From NCBI GenBank assembly GCA_963827755.1, contig CAWHCQ010000016.1, forward strand, positions 43,965 to 107,964: 64,000 nt of DNA, written 5' to 3'. Below, piece after piece: positions 35,601-48,126 of this stretch. Each line of letters begins with the position of its first letter. Within the stretch, counting starts at the first letter, position 1. Under the pieces are notes generated by a model that was not told the origin of the DNA, searched no databases, and saw nothing but the letters and a program-made list of their open reading frames with translations. A program made the position numbers and the translations under genes. The DNA comes from an uncultured Gammaproteobacteria bacterium (GTDB lineage: Bacteria; Pseudomonadota; Gammaproteobacteria; UBA9214).

Positions 35601-37854
35601 CCGGCGCAGTGAAATCGAAGGCATCAGTCGCTGGAACTATGACACGGCAGCAAATGGTGTTGGCAAACTGGCAAGCATCACCAACGGTGCGAATGGTTAC
35701 AAACGCAGCCTTGTCTATGACAGCCTCGGCAGGCTTGCGTCCGATACCAGCCATATCGATGCTGAAACATTTACCATGGGCTATTCCTATGACAGTCAAG
35801 GTCGCCGTGAGCTGACAACCTACCCGACAGGCTTCCAGGTGCGCAATGTCTATGCCGCCAGCGGTCATTTACTTGAGGTCCGCAATGCCGCGAATGACAA
35901 GATCTACTGGCAAGTGGATGAAATCAACGCCGAAGGCAAGGTGACCGAATCATTTCTGGGTAACGGGCTGCAGACGTGGCATGTCTATGATGCTGCCAGT
36001 GGATTTGTACAGGCGATCAACAGCGGTACTGTTTTTGGTAACAATGTTCAGCAGCTGACCTATCAATTCGACCCGCTGGGGAACCTGAGGCAACGCAGGG
36101 ACCTTAACCAGGATGTCAATGAACTGCCACTGACGGAGACCTTTGCCTATGACGGCCGCAACCGTTTAATGAGCGCAAACATTGCCGGCGTGGGCAGTCG
36201 CAGCTACGGTTACGATGCCCTGGGTAATATCAGGCAGAAATCCGATTACGGTAGCGACTACACCTATGGCGCAGGCACGGCTGGACCGCATGCCGTCACG
36301 AAGGTCAGGGACGGTGGTATTGAGCAGGCAACCTATGCCTATGACCCGAACGGTAACATGACCAGCGGGGCAGGACGCACCATCAGCTGGAGCTCATTCA
36401 ACAAGGCAACACGGATCAGCAAGGGGGGCACTACCGTAATCTTTGACTATGACGCTGATCACAACCGCATCAAGCAGGTCAAGGGCGATCATACGACGTA
36501 CTATCTGAGTCCGCGTATCGACGCCGGAGCGCATTATGAAAAGGAAATCGACGGGTTGCTGATCGAACACAAGCACTACATCTATGCCGCCGGGAAAACC
36601 ATTGCAATACACACAACAAAAAGCGATAACACGGCAAAGACCCGCTACCTGCACAAGGACCACCTCGGTTCGACCGACGTGATCACCGATGAGAACGGCA
36701 AGGTGGTCGAGCGGATGAGCTTCGAAGCCTTTGGCAGTCGCCGCAATATCGACTGGAGTTCAGCCGCCGGTGTCGTCGCAGCCATAGAATCCCATCACGG
36801 CTTTACCGGCCATGAGCAGCTCGATGACGTCGGCATCATCCACATGAACGGCCGCTTGTATGATCCGCAACTGGGGCGCTTCCTCAGTCCTGATATTCAG
36901 GTTCAATACCCGGAGAACAGCCAGTCGTTCAACCGGTACAGCTATGTTAATAACAACCCGCTTTCATATACAGACCCGAGCGGCTACGGGTTTTTCAGCA
37001 AACTGTGGAAGGGGGTAAAGAAAGTATTCAAAAACAAGGTGTTTCGAATCGCCGTTGCCGTGGTTGCGGCATACTTTACCTTTAATCTGGCATCAGGCTG
37101 GGCGTGGGCCGCTCACGCATCTACCCAGGCGGGTGTAGCGAGCGCGGGTGCATACATCACTGCAGGAATTGCCGGAGGCGCCGCCAGCGGGTTTGTAGCG
37201 GGTGGAATATTAACCGGCAGTTTAACAGGGGCGGCAAGAGGTGCAGTCGCTGGTGCAATATTTGGCGGGATTGGAGGTGCCTATGGGAATGTATGGAATG
37301 CGCAAAGGGTGGCTTCAAATAGTCTGGCCGGGGGGGTGGGCAGTGAGATTAATGGTGGAAGTTTCAAGGACGGGTTCAGGATATCAATGGTTTTATCATT
37401 AATGACATACTCGGCCACTAAAATGAGACAAGTTATGGTCGCACAGTCAAAATTAGATCCACGCAATGCCAGTGGTAAAAGTGTTGGCTACAAGGGGGAT
37501 AGTTTTAAGTTGGCTGGTAGCCGATATAATCCCCAGCATGGTCTGGGTCAGGTGAGAAGTCCGCTTGGCGGCATTCAAGGACAGCAAGGCAGAATCATGT
37601 TCCTGGGTGATTATAGCCCGGGTTCCTGGCAGGATTATTTAGGTGAGGCTTACGCAGGTCCGCATGATTACCTCAATAGTAGTTATTGGTATGACGCTAT
37701 GGGGAATATCAAGTCTGATATGTCATTTATAGAACGTGGTTTTGGTGAGATGCTGAACTATTCCAATGTAATTGTGGCAACACCATTTGTGATGGCATCT
37801 GTTACCCCTGCTTATCTATATCCATTTTTTGATAATCGGTTAGCGAACAAATGA
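29630..37854 (+). CDS. Giant Rhs/YD-repeat protein: Ig-like and sugar-binding-like N-terminus, SpvB domain, 7 FG-GAP repeats, TcdB-mid-like region, YD shell, Rhs core, variable tip (three ORFs joined across apparent frameshifts near 33875 and 34520)
   Basis: 'YSATGLPPGLAID' (He_PIG-like); 'PPGISGMQPALSLAYNSQ..LGPGWSL' (SpvB); 'WxDxNGDGLADW' x7; YD repeats; 'YLHKDHLGS', 'HMNGRLYDPQLGRFLSPD', 'YSYVNNNPLSYTDPSG'. Confidence 0.85.
32879..33810 (+). repeat. Seven tandem 147-bp (49-aa) FG-GAP units inside the Rhs gene
   Basis: Trp codons at 32879, 33026, 33173, 33320, 33467, 33614 and 33758. Confidence 0.9.
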
Positions 37855-38165
37855 AAGCGTCTGCTTTAAAGATGTCTATAGTTTTTTTGCTGCTACAAGA
37901 GCTGGCGGGTTGTGTCTCAACCGTGGATGTATCGTCAATGCTCAATCAATCCATCGGAGAATCCATTGATGTTTTTCGGGGTGGAAAGCCAGCGGAAGTG
38001 CGTTCTGGTGAATCTGCGCTGGACGAATATCTGTATGGTAGTAACAAGACAGGGTGCAGGGTGGCATTAATTGTGGATAAGCATACGAAGATAATACAAG
38101 GTTGGCGCTACCTCAGCGATCCCGGGTTGTGTCGTGTCAGGAATGAGTTCGGACATGCATGGTGA
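37851..38165 (+). CDS. Small lipoprotein, candidate immunity protein
   Basis: Start overlaps the Rhs stop; lipobox 'LAGC'; visibly lower GC than the backbone. Confidence 0.6.
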   Translation: MKASALKMSIVFLLLQELAGCVSTVDVSSMLNQSIGESIDVFRGGKPAEVRSGESALDEYLYGSNKTGCRVALIVDKHTKIIQGWRYLSDPGLCRVRNEFGHAW

Positions 38166-38291
38166 TGATAACCCGGGTCAGGAGAACAGGGTCAGACTGA
38201 AATGGCATGTATCTAAAGCTGCACTCATCAGGGATTTTGCTGACACCGCCGTCATTATGCCCGTTTAAATAATCCAGGCCCCTGGAACTCC

Positions 38292-38367
38292 CGTAGGAGC
38301 CAGCTTGCTGGCGAACGGGTCTGGCGCGCCGGTGGGTATACCCTTCGCCAGCAAGCTGGCTCCTGCA
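38292..38367. repeat. GTAG-type REP doublet
   Basis: cgtaggagccagcttgctggcgaa ... ttcgccagcaagctggctcctgca. Confidence 0.75.
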
Positions 38368-38574
38368 GATTTTCTGCCGGAAGAAATCATCCCCGGGCAC
38401 GATTCCCGTATTTTTTACCAATTGATTCGGCATCCATATCAAAGCAAGTGCCATTAGGCTCAGGCCGGGCAACACTATTTTCCCCTTGTTTCCATTAACA
38501 CTTTTCAGTACCGTTAACGGCCCGAGAATGTTACTGTAATACGTTCATAAACAACGAAATAACCGGTCAGCAGC

Positions 38575-39783
38575 GTGATTGAAGAATTCGCCCGTATCCA
38601 GCGGCTTCCTCCGTATGTTTTCAACATTGTCAATGAGTTGAAGGCGGCGGCACGGGCGCGCGGGGAAGACATTATCGATTTCGGCATGGGCAACCCCGAT
38701 CAGCCGACGCCGCAGCATATCGTCGACAAGCTGATCGAGACGGCCCGGCGGGGCGATACCCACCGTTATTCACTGTCGCGCGGCATACCGCGCTTACGCA
38801 AGGCCATCTGTGACTGGTACAAGCGTCGTTATGATGTGGATCTGGACCCGGACCTCAATGCCATCGTCACCATCGGTTCCAAGGAGGGCCTGGCGCACCT
38901 GGCGCTTGCCACCGTCGGGCCGGGCGATGCAGTGCTGGTGCCGAACCCGGCCTACCCGATACATCCCTATGGATTTGCGATTGCCGGTGCGGACATCCGC
39001 CACGTGCCGTTGCGCCCGGATGTGGATTTTTTTGTCGAACTGGAGAAGGCCATCAAGGATTCCTGGCCGCGTCCGAAGATGCTGGTGCTGAATTTTCCCG
39101 GCAACCCGACCACGCAGTGTGTCGAGCTTGATTTTTATGAAAAGGTCGTGGCGATCGCGAAGGAGCACGAGATCTGGGTGATACAGGACCTGGCGTATGC
39201 CGATATCGTGTTCGACGGCTACAAGGCGCCCTCCATTCTGCAGGTCGAAGGCGCCATCGATGTGGCGGTCGAGTTTTTCTCGCTGTCCAAGAGTTACAAT
39301 ATGCCCGGTTGGCGTGTCGGTTTCATGTGCGGCAATAAAACACTGGTTGCAGCGCTGGCGCGGATCAAGTCCTATCTCGATTACGGCATGTTCACGCCTA
39401 TCCAGGTGGCGGCCATTACCGCGCTTGAAGGGCCGCAGGACTGTGTACACGAGATCGCACAGATGTACCGGGAGCGACGCGATGCCCTGTGTGAGGGACT
39501 GAACTCGCTGGGCTGGCCGGTCGAGAAGCCGAAGGCCACGATGTTCGTCTGGGCGCGTATCCCCGAGGCGTATCGGGAAATGGGGTCGCTGGAATTTACC
39601 AAGAAGCTGTTAAGTGACGCCAAGGTTGCCGTGTCGCCCGGTATCGGGTTCGGTTCCTATGGCGATGATTATGTCAGGTTCGGTCTGATCGAGAATCCTC
39701 ATCGGACCCGTCAGGCGATTCGCTGCATTCGGGACATGTTCCGCAGCGATCTCGACCAGGCAAACGTTTCCTCGGGAGGATAA
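38575..39783 (+). CDS. alaC: Alanine transaminase AlaC
   Basis: '[12 protein letters not shown]', 'DFGMGNPD', PLP lysine motif '[15 protein letters not shown]'; upstream of hom. Confidence 0.92.
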   Translation: MIEEFARIQRLPPYVFNIVNELKAAARARGEDIIDFGMGNPDQPTPQHIVDKLIETARRGDTHRYSLSRGIPRLRKAICDWYKRRYDVDLDPDLNAIVTIGSKEGLAHLALATVGPGDAVLVPNPAYPIHPYGFAIAGADIRHVPLRPDVDFFVELEKAIKDSWPRPKMLVLNFPGNPTTQCVELDFYEKVVAIAKEHEIWVIQDLAYADIVFDGYKAPSILQVEGAIDVAVEFFSLSKSYNMPGWRVGFMCGNKTLVAALARIKSYLDYGMFTPIQVAAITALEGPQDCVHEIAQMYRERRDALCEGLNSLGWPVEKPKATMFVWARIPEAYREMGSLEFTKKLLSDAKVAVSPGIGFGSYGDDYVRFGLIENPHRTRQAIRCIRDMFRSDLDQANVSSGG

Positions 39784-39787
39784 ATCA

Positions 39788-41104
<1,317 letters not shown>

Positions 41105-41148
41105 ACAGCTGATCGGCAACGTCGTTTATACTCCTTTGCATTGATATA

Positions 41149-41180
41149 CGTAGGACGGGTAAAGCGCAGCGTACCCGTCA
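41149..41180. repeat. GTAG-type REP of a second family
   Basis: cgtaggacgggtaaagcgcagcgtacccgtca; stem GACGGGTA/TACCCGTC. Confidence 0.55.
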
Positions 41181-41236
41181 TGATGTGTATGGAACAAAAC
41201 TTTTACCTATTTGAATCACTTTTCAGGATTAACCAA

Positions 41237-42382
41237 ATGTCTACAGCAACACGTTACACAGGTCTGATTGAACGTTACCGCGACCGCATGCCGGTCGCGG
41301 CGAACACGCGCATCATCAGCCTGGGAGAAGGCAATACGCCGCTGGTCAAGCTTGAAAATATCCCCGGCGAAATCGGCAAGGATGTCGACCTTTATATAAA
41401 GTATGAAGGTTTGAACCCGACGGGTTCCTTCAAGGACCGCGGTATGACCATGGCGGTGACGCAGGCCGTCGCTGATGGCAGCAACGCGATTGTCTGCGCG
41501 TCTACCGGCAATACGTCAGCGGCTGCAGCAGCCTACGCGGCGCGCGCGGGTATTACTGCCTTCGTATTGATCCCGGAAGGCAAGATTGCCCTGGGAAAAC
41601 TGGCACAGGCGATGATTCATGGCGCCGTGGTGATCCAGATCCGCGGTAATTTCGATGAAGGCATGCGCCTGGTCAAGGAAGTTGCCGACCACGCGCCGGT
41701 GACGATCGTGAATTCGATCAATCCCTATCGTCTGCAGGGACAGAAATCCGCGGCCTTTGAAATTGTCGATGAGCTTGGCCGTGCGCCGGACTTCCACTGT
41801 CTGCCGGTCGGTAATGCCGGTAATATCACCGCGCACTGGATCGGCTACAGCGAGTACGCGAAACAGGACAGCGCCTGCGTCACCGAGGCCTGTGCCTTTT
41901 GCAGCGGCAACTGCAAGTTCGCTGGCAGGGCAGTGACCGACAGGCGCCCGGTGATGGTCGGTTACCAGGCCTCCGGTGCGGCGCCGTTCCTGCGCGGCAA
42001 GATGGTGGATAATCCCGATACCGTTGCAACGGCCATTCGTATCGGTCATCCCCAGTCCTGGGACCAGGCCTGGAAGGTCAACAAGGAGTCAGGCGGCTGG
42101 TTCGATGAATGCACCGACGAGGAGATCCTCGCGGCGCAGAAACTGCTGACCTCCCGCGAGGGTATATTTTGCGAACCGGCCTCGGCGACGTCCGTAGCCG
42201 GCGCGCTGCGCGATATCGGCAGCGGCAGGATTCCACCGGGCAGTACGGTGGTGTGCACCCTGACCGGTCACGGCCTGAAAGACCCGGATACGGCGATCAG
42301 GCAGTGCGGCGAGGATGCCATGATGACGGTGGATGCCAATCTTGAGGCCGTCAAGGCGGCGATACTGGATAACATGGTTTGA
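41237..42382 (+). CDS. thrC: Threonine synthase
   Basis: 'LGEGNTPL', 'EGLNPTGSFKDRG', 'CASTGNTSA', 'PVGNAGNI', 'TGHGLKDP'. Confidence 0.95.
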   Translation: MSTATRYTGLIERYRDRMPVAANTRIISLGEGNTPLVKLENIPGEIGKDVDLYIKYEGLNPTGSFKDRGMTMAVTQAVADGSNAIVCASTGNTSAAAAAYAARAGITAFVLIPEGKIALGKLAQAMIHGAVVIQIRGNFDEGMRLVKEVADHAPVTIVNSINPYRLQGQKSAAFEIVDELGRAPDFHCLPVGNAGNITAHWIGYSEYAKQDSACVTEACAFCSGNCKFAGRAVTDRRPVMVGYQASGAAPFLRGKMVDNPDTVATAIRIGHPQSWDQAWKVNKESGGWFDECTDEEILAAQKLLTSREGIFCEPASATSVAGALRDIGSGRIPPGSTVVCTLTGHGLKDPDTAIRQCGEDAMMTVDANLEAVKAAILDNMV

Positions 42383-42424
42383 CACCTGTGCAACTCCGGG
42401 CCGCTGTAACGGGATTGCATCTCA

Positions 42425-43471
42425 TTGTCTGATGCGGCACAGCACATAACGCTTCTGGTCCCCGGCCTGTGCCCTGCCGGTTCCGAGGCTGCTTTCCTGG
42501 ATAATCTTGCGGAAACCCTCCCTGCGCTGCAGCGCCTGCTGTCGCGCAGCAAACCCGGGATGCATACCGCCAACAGCCTCGATGCCGGCCTCGGCAGTCA
42601 TTTTGGTTTGCAGTACGGGGGCGGCGCTGCCTTGCCGGCAGCCGCATTGACCAGCCTGGTCGATATCGACGAGCCGGCTGCAGGTTACCTCATGCGTGCC
42701 GACCCGGTACACCTGCGGGCGGATCAAAGCACGCTGCGCCTGTTTGACAGCCGTACCTTTTCAATCACGCAGGAGGAGGCCGATGCGCTGGTTGCCGCCT
42801 TCAATGAATTCTACACCGGCAGGGGCTGGCACCTGACGGCGCCTTCCCCGCAACGCTGGTATATCTACCTGCAGAAGGCACCGCTTGTCTCAACCGTAGC
42901 ACCCGGCACGATCGCCGGGCAGACAATCGATCCGAATCTGCCGCGCGGCAGGGATGCCGCCGCGTGGCATGCGCTGATGAACGAGGTGCAAATGCTGTTT
43001 CACCAGCACCCGGTGAATGCGCGCCGCGAGGCAGGCGGTGAACCGATGATTAACAGCCTCTGGTTCTGGGGTGAAGGCCGGCTGCCGGAGACGGTGCACC
43101 GTCACCCCATGCAGGTCGCCACCGACAATCCGCTTGCGATGGGTCTGGCCTTGTTCACACAGACACCGCGGCGGGATTTACCCGCGAGCCTGGATGAACT
43201 GCTGGCAGCAGCGCAGGAGGCGCAAACCCTGGTCGTACTCGATGAACTCGAGGCGGCCGTGCAGTATTCCGATATCGAGGCCTGGCACAAGGCAATGACG
43301 CGGATCGAGCGGCACTGGTTTGCGCCGTTGCTTGCAGCGCTCGAGGATGGCCGGGTGGCCGGCGTGGAAATCGATCCGTGTAGCGGGAAAAGTTACCGCA
43401 CGACCCGCCGGCTGCTGAAGCGCTTCTGGAAACGCGTGCGTCCGCTGTCCGCTCTCTGTCAACATGGCTAG
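42425..43471 (+). CDS. Conserved hypothetical protein related to cofactor-independent phosphoglycerate mutase
   Basis: 'RADPVHL', 'LMNEVQMLFHQHPVN..R..INSLWFWGEG'; thrC-recJ context. Confidence 0.65.
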   Translation: MSDAAQHITLLVPGLCPAGSEAAFLDNLAETLPALQRLLSRSKPGMHTANSLDAGLGSHFGLQYGGGAALPAAALTSLVDIDEPAAGYLMRADPVHLRADQSTLRLFDSRTFSITQEEADALVAAFNEFYTGRGWHLTAPSPQRWYIYLQKAPLVSTVAPGTIAGQTIDPNLPRGRDAAAWHALMNEVQMLFHQHPVNARREAGGEPMINSLWFWGEGRLPETVHRHPMQVATDNPLAMGLALFTQTPRRDLPASLDELLAAAQEAQTLVVLDELEAAVQYSDIEAWHKAMTRIERHWFAPLLAALEDGRVAGVEIDPCSGKSYRTTRRLLKRFWKRVRPLSALCQHG

Positions 43472-45203
43472 GCGCATCATTCGCCGCAAGCAGCTGGTCA
43501 ATAATGACCGCCTGCCTGCGGACCTGAACCCGGTTTTGCAGCGCGTCTATGCCGCACGCCCGATCCAGTCGGCAGCCGAGCTCGATTATTCGCTTGAGCG
43601 GCTGTTGCCGTTGACATCACTGGGCGGACTTTCAGACGCAGTGGCGTTGCTCGAGGCCGCCATCAGGAACTGCAGGCGGATTGTGGTGGTCGGCGATTTC
43701 GATGCCGACGGGGCAACCAGCGTGGCGCTGTGCCTGCGTGCGCTGCGCATGATGGGTGCAAGTGATCTGCATTACCTGGTACCGAACCGCTTTGAGTACG
43801 GCTATGGATTGACGCCGGAGATCGTTGCTGTTGCCGCCGAACTCGGGCCGGATCTCATTATCACGGTGGATAACGGTATTTCCAGCCTGGAGGGCGTAGC
43901 GGCCGCGAACAAGCACGGTATACAGGTGCTGATAACCGATCATCATTTGCCCGGCGAGCAGTTACCGGATGCGGCTGCCATCGTTAACCCGAATGTAAAA
44001 GGTGATGCCTTCCCGAGCAAGAACCTGGCCGGTGTCGGTGTTGCCTTTTATGTCATGCTGGCGCTGCGTGCGCGCTTGCGCGAGCAGGACTGGTTTGCGC
44101 AGCAGGGAATTGCAGCACCAAGGCTCGCGCAGTTGCTTGACCTGGTTGCGCTGGGTACGGTCGCCGATGTCGTACCGCTGGATTTCAACAACCGTATCCT
44201 GGTGCAGCAGGGCATCGCACGGATTCGGGCAGGACACTGCGCCCCGGGTATTCGCGCCCTGCTGGAAGTCGGTGGACGCAGGCTGGATCGCATCGTCGCA
44301 GCCGACCTGGGTTTTATTGCAGGGCCGCGCCTGAATGCGGCCGGTCGCATGGATGACATGTCGGTCGGCATAGAATGCCTGCTGGCCGACGACGAAACCG
44401 GCGCGCGTGAACTGGCCATGAAGCTGGATGAGCTGAACCGTGACCGCCGCAAGGTCGAGGCCGACATGCAGGCACAGGCGCTTGCCGCGATCAAGACCAT
44501 GAAACTGGACGTGGAAAACCTGCCGGTTGGCCTGTGCCTGTTTCAACCCGACTGGCACCAGGGCGTCATCGGCATCCTCGCGGCACGCATCAAGGAGCGC
44601 CTGCACCGCCCCGTGATTGCCTTTGCACGCAGTGGCGAGGGTATGCTGAAAGGCTCGGCGCGCTCGGTCAGCGGCCTGCACATCCGCGATGCGCTCGATG
44701 CGGTGGCAACGCGCCACCCCGGTCTGATCCCGCGCTTCGGCGGACATGCCATGGCGGCCGGTCTGAGCCTGGAGGAAGAAAACTACGCGGTTTTTGCACA
44801 GGCCTTTGATGAAGAAATCTCGCGCCACCTGACGCAGGATGACCTGGCCGGCGTGGTCTATTCCGACGGCGAGCTCAGCGAGCGTGAACTGTCGCTGGAC
44901 ACGGCGCAATTGTTGCGCGATGCCAGTCCCTGGGGCCAGGGTTTCCCCGAACCGGTGTTTGAGGGAAACTTTGACGTGCTCAGTCACCGCGTGGTCGGCC
45001 AGCGGCATATGAAAATGATGCTCAGGCCGCTGGGCGGCGACAGCGAGATCGATGCCATTGCTTTCAATACCCCGGAGTTGCCCGAGCCCTGCCGGCAGTT
45101 GCATATGGCCTACCGCCTGGATGTGAATGAATACCGCGGACGGATTAGCGCGCAGCTGATTATCGAATACATCGGCACCCCGCGGCTGGTAGCGCCTGCC
45201 TAA
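43464..45203 (+). CDS. recJ: ssDNA exonuclease RecJ
   Basis: 'GDFDADGATS', 'TVDNGI', 'ITDHH', 'GTVADVV', 'FGGHAMAAG'. Confidence 0.96.
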   Translation: MARRIIRRKQLVNNDRLPADLNPVLQRVYAARPIQSAAELDYSLERLLPLTSLGGLSDAVALLEAAIRNCRRIVVVGDFDADGATSVALCLRALRMMGASDLHYLVPNRFEYGYGLTPEIVAVAAELGPDLIITVDNGISSLEGVAAANKHGIQVLITDHHLPGEQLPDAAAIVNPNVKGDAFPSKNLAGVGVAFYVMLALRARLREQDWFAQQGIAAPRLAQLLDLVALGTVADVVPLDFNNRILVQQGIARIRAGHCAPGIRALLEVGGRRLDRIVAADLGFIAGPRLNAAGRMDDMSVGIECLLADDETGARELAMKLDELNRDRRKVEADMQAQALAAIKTMKLDVENLPVGLCLFQPDWHQGVIGILAARIKERLHRPVIAFARSGEGMLKGSARSVSGLHIRDALDAVATRHPGLIPRFGGHAMAAGLSLEEENYAVFAQAFDEEISRHLTQDDLAGVVYSDGELSERELSLDTAQLLRDASPWGQGFPEPVFEGNFDVLSHRVVGQRHMKMMLRPLGGDSEIDAIAFNTPELPEPCRQLHMAYRLDVNEYRGRISAQLIIEYIGTPRLVAPA

Positions 45204-45252
45204 CAGGAGTATCATTGCGCGCCTTGATTTGCATGATTTTTGCGGTGTTTCC

Positions 45253-46351
45253 ATGACCGACCTGACCACCATCCGGACCAGGATCAAAGACCTTGACGGG
45301 CGTTCCACGTCCCTCAGGGGGTATCTTTGACCTTGATGACAAGAATGAACGCCTGACCGAGGTCGTGCGCGAACTGGAACAGCCCGATGTCTGGAATGAT
45401 CCGGAACGCGCCCAGCAGCTGGGACGTGAACGCGTCCGTCTTGAAGAGGTCGTGCTGGTGTTGAACAACATGTCCCGGACACTTGAAGATGCCTCGGAAT
45501 TACTCGAAATGGCCGCCGATGAATCTGACCAGGAAACCCTGGATGCGGTATACGGCGATCTGGATGCGCTGGAACAGGAAATTGCCGTCCTCGAATTCAG
45601 GCGTATGTTCTCCGGTGAAATGGACGCGGCCAATGCCTTTGTCGATATCCAGTCGGGGTCCGGCGGCACCGAGGCGCAGGACTGGGCGGAAATGCTGCTG
45701 CGCATGTATCTGCGCTGGAGTGAGCGCCACGGTTTCAAGACCGAGTTGATCGAGGTCTCACCGGGCGAGGTGGCCGGCATCAAGAGTGCCACTATCAGGA
45801 TCGAGGGTTCCTATGCCTTTGGCTGGATGCGTACCGAGACCGGTGTGCACCGGCTGGTGCGCAAGTCTCCGTTTGATTCAGGTAACCGCAGGCATACATC
45901 GTTTGCGGCGGTGTTCGTCTCCCCGGAAATTGATGACGACATCGATATCGAGATAAACCCGGCTGACCTGCGCATTGACGTGTACCGGGCCAGTGGCGCA
46001 GGTGGTCAGCATGTGAACCGTACCGAGTCTGCCGTACGTATCACGCATGAGCCAACCGGCACAGTGGTACAGTGTCAGAATGACCGTTCCCAGCACAAGA
46101 ACAAGGCCACCGCGATGAAACAGCTCAAGTCGAAGCTCTACGAGCTGGAAATGATGAAGCGCGGTGCCGACCAGCAGGCGCTGGAAGAGACCAAGTCGGA
46201 TATCGGCTGGGGCAGCCAGATTCGCTCCTATGTGCTCGACCAGTCGCGCATCAAGGACCTGCGTACCGGGGTTGAAACCGGAAATACCCAGGCCGTGCTG
46301 GACGGGGAGCTGGACGGGTTTATCGAGGCGAGCCTGAAGTCCGGTTTGTAG
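45253..46351 (+). CDS. prfB: Peptide chain release factor 2 with programmed +1 frameshift
   Basis: First 25 codons end 'RGYL', then CTT-TGA-C; 'RKSPFD' and 'GGQ' motifs downstream. Confidence 0.96.
45316..45331 (+). promoter_or_regulatory. prfB programmed frameshift site
   Basis: AGGGGG-TAT-CTT-TGA-C: internal Shine-Dalgarno plus slippery codon and stop. Confidence 0.95.
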
Positions 46352-46415
46352 ACGCACTGTCGCCCGGATGCAGCTGCACGTATGAGTAAAGATACGCTGG
46401 ACATCTGGTGCCTAC

Positions 46416-46483
46416 TGTAGGAGCGGATCTCATCCGCGATGATCCTGCTTGAGTAGCCGTCGCGCTTGAGAAGCGCACCAGCA
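46416..46483. repeat. Degenerate GTAG-type REP
   Basis: tgtaggagcggatctcatccgcgat followed by a decayed partner. Confidence 0.5.
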
Positions 46484-46551
46484 GGTGACAGGCGTCCCGG
46501 TTGAGCGAAGTACGGAACCCGGGTCAAGAGAAGGTTAACAGGACAGTACTA

Positions 46552-48039
46552 ATGACAGACCAAGACGAAAATTCACTCATCGCCCAACGCCGTGCCAAGC
46601 TTGATGCACTGCGCGAGAACGGCAATACCTTTCCGAACGATTTTCGTCGCAATGTTGTGGCGGGTGAGCTGCACGCGGAGTACGGTGAAAAGGAAAACGA
46701 CGCTCTCGAGGCAGAGCCGATCCGGGTGAAAGTGGCCGGGCGGCTGATGGCAAAGCGGGTCATGGGTAAAGCCAGTTTTGCACAGTTGCAGGACATGTCC
46801 GGCAGGATTCAGCTGTTCCTGCAACGTGACTCGCTGGCGGAGGGTGTCTACCAGGCATTCAAGGGCTGGGACATCGGCGATATCATCGGTGCGGAAGGTG
46901 TGTTGTTCAGGACGAAGACCGGTGAGCTCTCCGTGCGTCTGGATTCCATTCGTATGCTGACGAAGTCGCTGCGGCCACTGCCGGAAAAATTTCATGGCCT
47001 GTCAGACCTTGAAACCCGTTACCGGCAGCGTTACGTGGACCTCATCATGAACGAGGACTCGCGCAAGACCTTCCGCATGCGCAGCCAGATGATCCAGTAC
47101 ATCCGTCATTACCTGGATACGCGGGATTTCATGGAGGTTGAAACGCCGATGATGCAGGCGATACCCGGCGGAGCGGTCGCGCGGCCGTTTGCAACCTATC
47201 ACAATGCGCTGGACATGGATTTGTTCCTGCGTATTGCGCCTGAACTGTACCTGAAGCGCCTCATTGTCGGCGGTTTCGAAAGGGTCTACGAGATCAACCG
47301 GAATTTTCGCAACGAAGGGCTCTCGACGCGGCACAATCCCGAGTTCACCATGCTTGAATTCTACCAGGCCTATGCGGACTACCGTGACTTGATGGACCTG
47401 ACGGAAGACCTGCTGCGCTCGATGGCGGAGCAAATTCACGGCAATGTCGTGATCGAGTACCAGGGCAGGGCGTATGATTTTGGCAAGCCATTTCGGCGCA
47501 TGAGCGTGCATGATTCAATCCTGCATTTCAATCCTGATCTTGCAGCCGGGGACATCGGTGAGCTGGAGAAGGCGAGGGCCGTTGCTGCAAGGCTCGGTAT
47601 TGCATTAAAAGACAGTTACGGGCTGGGCAAGGTGCAGATCGAGATCTTTGAGAAGACCGTGGAAGGCCGGCTCGACGATCCGACCTTTATCACGGCCTAT
47701 CCGACCGAGGTGTCACCGCTGGCACGACGCAATGATGCAGATCCGTTTGTGACCGACCGCTTCGAATTCTTCGTCGGTGGTCGCGAAATAGCCAATGGCT
47801 TTTCCGAGCTGAATGATGCTGAAGACCAGGCGGAACGTTTTCGTCAACAGGTGAAGGACAAGGATGCCGGTGACCTCGAGGCCATGCATTTTGATGCGGA
47901 TTATATTCGTGCGCTGGAGCACGGCATGCCGCCGACCGCCGGTGAGGGAATTGGCATTGACCGCCTGGTCATGCTGTTTACCGATTCACCCTCGATCCGT
48001 GATGTGCTGTTGTTTCCACACATGCGGCCCGAGGCCTGA
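46552..48039 (+). CDS. lysS: Lysyl-tRNA synthetase
   Basis: 'RYRQRYVDL', '[10 protein letters not shown]', 'HNPEFTMLE', 'GIGIDRL'. Confidence 0.97.
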   Translation: MTDQDENSLIAQRRAKLDALRENGNTFPNDFRRNVVAGELHAEYGEKENDALEAEPIRVKVAGRLMAKRVMGKASFAQLQDMSGRIQLFLQRDSLAEGVYQAFKGWDIGDIIGAEGVLFRTKTGELSVRLDSIRMLTKSLRPLPEKFHGLSDLETRYRQRYVDLIMNEDSRKTFRMRSQMIQYIRHYLDTRDFMEVETPMMQAIPGGAVARPFATYHNALDMDLFLRIAPELYLKRLIVGGFERVYEINRNFRNEGLSTRHNPEFTMLEFYQAYADYRDLMDLTEDLLRSMAEQIHGNVVIEYQGRAYDFGKPFRRMSVHDSILHFNPDLAAGDIGELEKARAVAARLGIALKDSYGLGKVQIEIFEKTVEGRLDDPTFITAYPTEVSPLARRNDADPFVTDRFEFFVGGREIANGFSELNDAEDQAERFRQQVKDKDAGDLEAMHFDADYIRALEHGMPPTAGEGIGIDRLVMLFTDSPSIRDVLLFPHMRPEA

Positions 48040-48126
48040 AAGTATTCAACTGGTTGTTTATCAGAGATATTTGACGGACTGGCAGGGCAAGGGACAGCCA
48101 CTGTACTGGAGCAGGGCCCTGCCCGG

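Noticed and set aside
29460-38490. Terminal repeats or target duplication around the Rhs block (CAGGCCGG direct, GGGAAAATA inverted)
   Set aside because: Matches of 8-9 bp are expected by chance and there is no recombinase gene.
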